Below are positions 63,968 to 64,000 of a stretch of DNA of 64,000 bases, one piece after another. Where the stretch lies: positions 20,026,001 to 20,090,000 of the forward strand of contig OX597826.1 of the NCBI GenBank assembly GCA_951406725.2, written 5' to 3'. The notes below the pieces were generated by a model, which was given only the letters and a program-made list of their open reading frames with translations, was not told the origin of the DNA and did not search any database. Origin of the DNA: Octopus vulgaris (Eukaryota). Both the position numbers and the translations under genes were made by a program. The first letter of the stretch is position 1. Each line of letters begins with the position of its first letter.

Positions 63968-64000
63968 CTCCCCTTCTTCTTCCTCTTCTGCCTCCTCTTC
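63226..64000 (+). repeat. polypyrimidine (TTC/TCC/TTCCCC)n low-complexity tract
   Basis: Direct reading. Confidence 0.95.

Overview
This is AT-rich, microsatellite-dense eukaryotic DNA made almost entirely of nested and decayed transposable elements. The SINE families and repeat style suggest an octopod cephalopod genome (inference, not verified). I found no credible intact host protein-coding gene; most long ORFs in the track are microsatellite translations. Retroelements: a Ty3/Gypsy gag-pol relic, a solo LTR with a 4-bp TSD, several R4/Dong-like (restriction-like endonuclease) LINE pieces, L1/Tx1-like, RTE and CR1-like LINE pieces, and at least six Penelope-like (PLE) fragments. DNA elements: two mariners, a Helitron-like element, hAT-like and Merlin-like MITEs and a long foldback element. 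There are also three tRNA-derived SINE families and a (TAA)n-embedded ~555-bp non-coding retroposon. Four observations stand out. (1) About 11 minimal type-I hammerhead ribozyme motifs with palindromic helix III, including covarying 3-8 core pairs (C-G, U-A, A-U), an A6U variant and long structured helix II insertions. (2) A full-length 5S rRNA fused to a SINE and inserted as one unit with a 17-bp TSD. (3) Evidence that this SINE repeatedly inserts into its own family at one site, building head-to-tail arrays. (4) Two SINE/LINE 3'-tail partnerships visible in the same window. All coordinates and folds were read by eye and may be off by a few bases.
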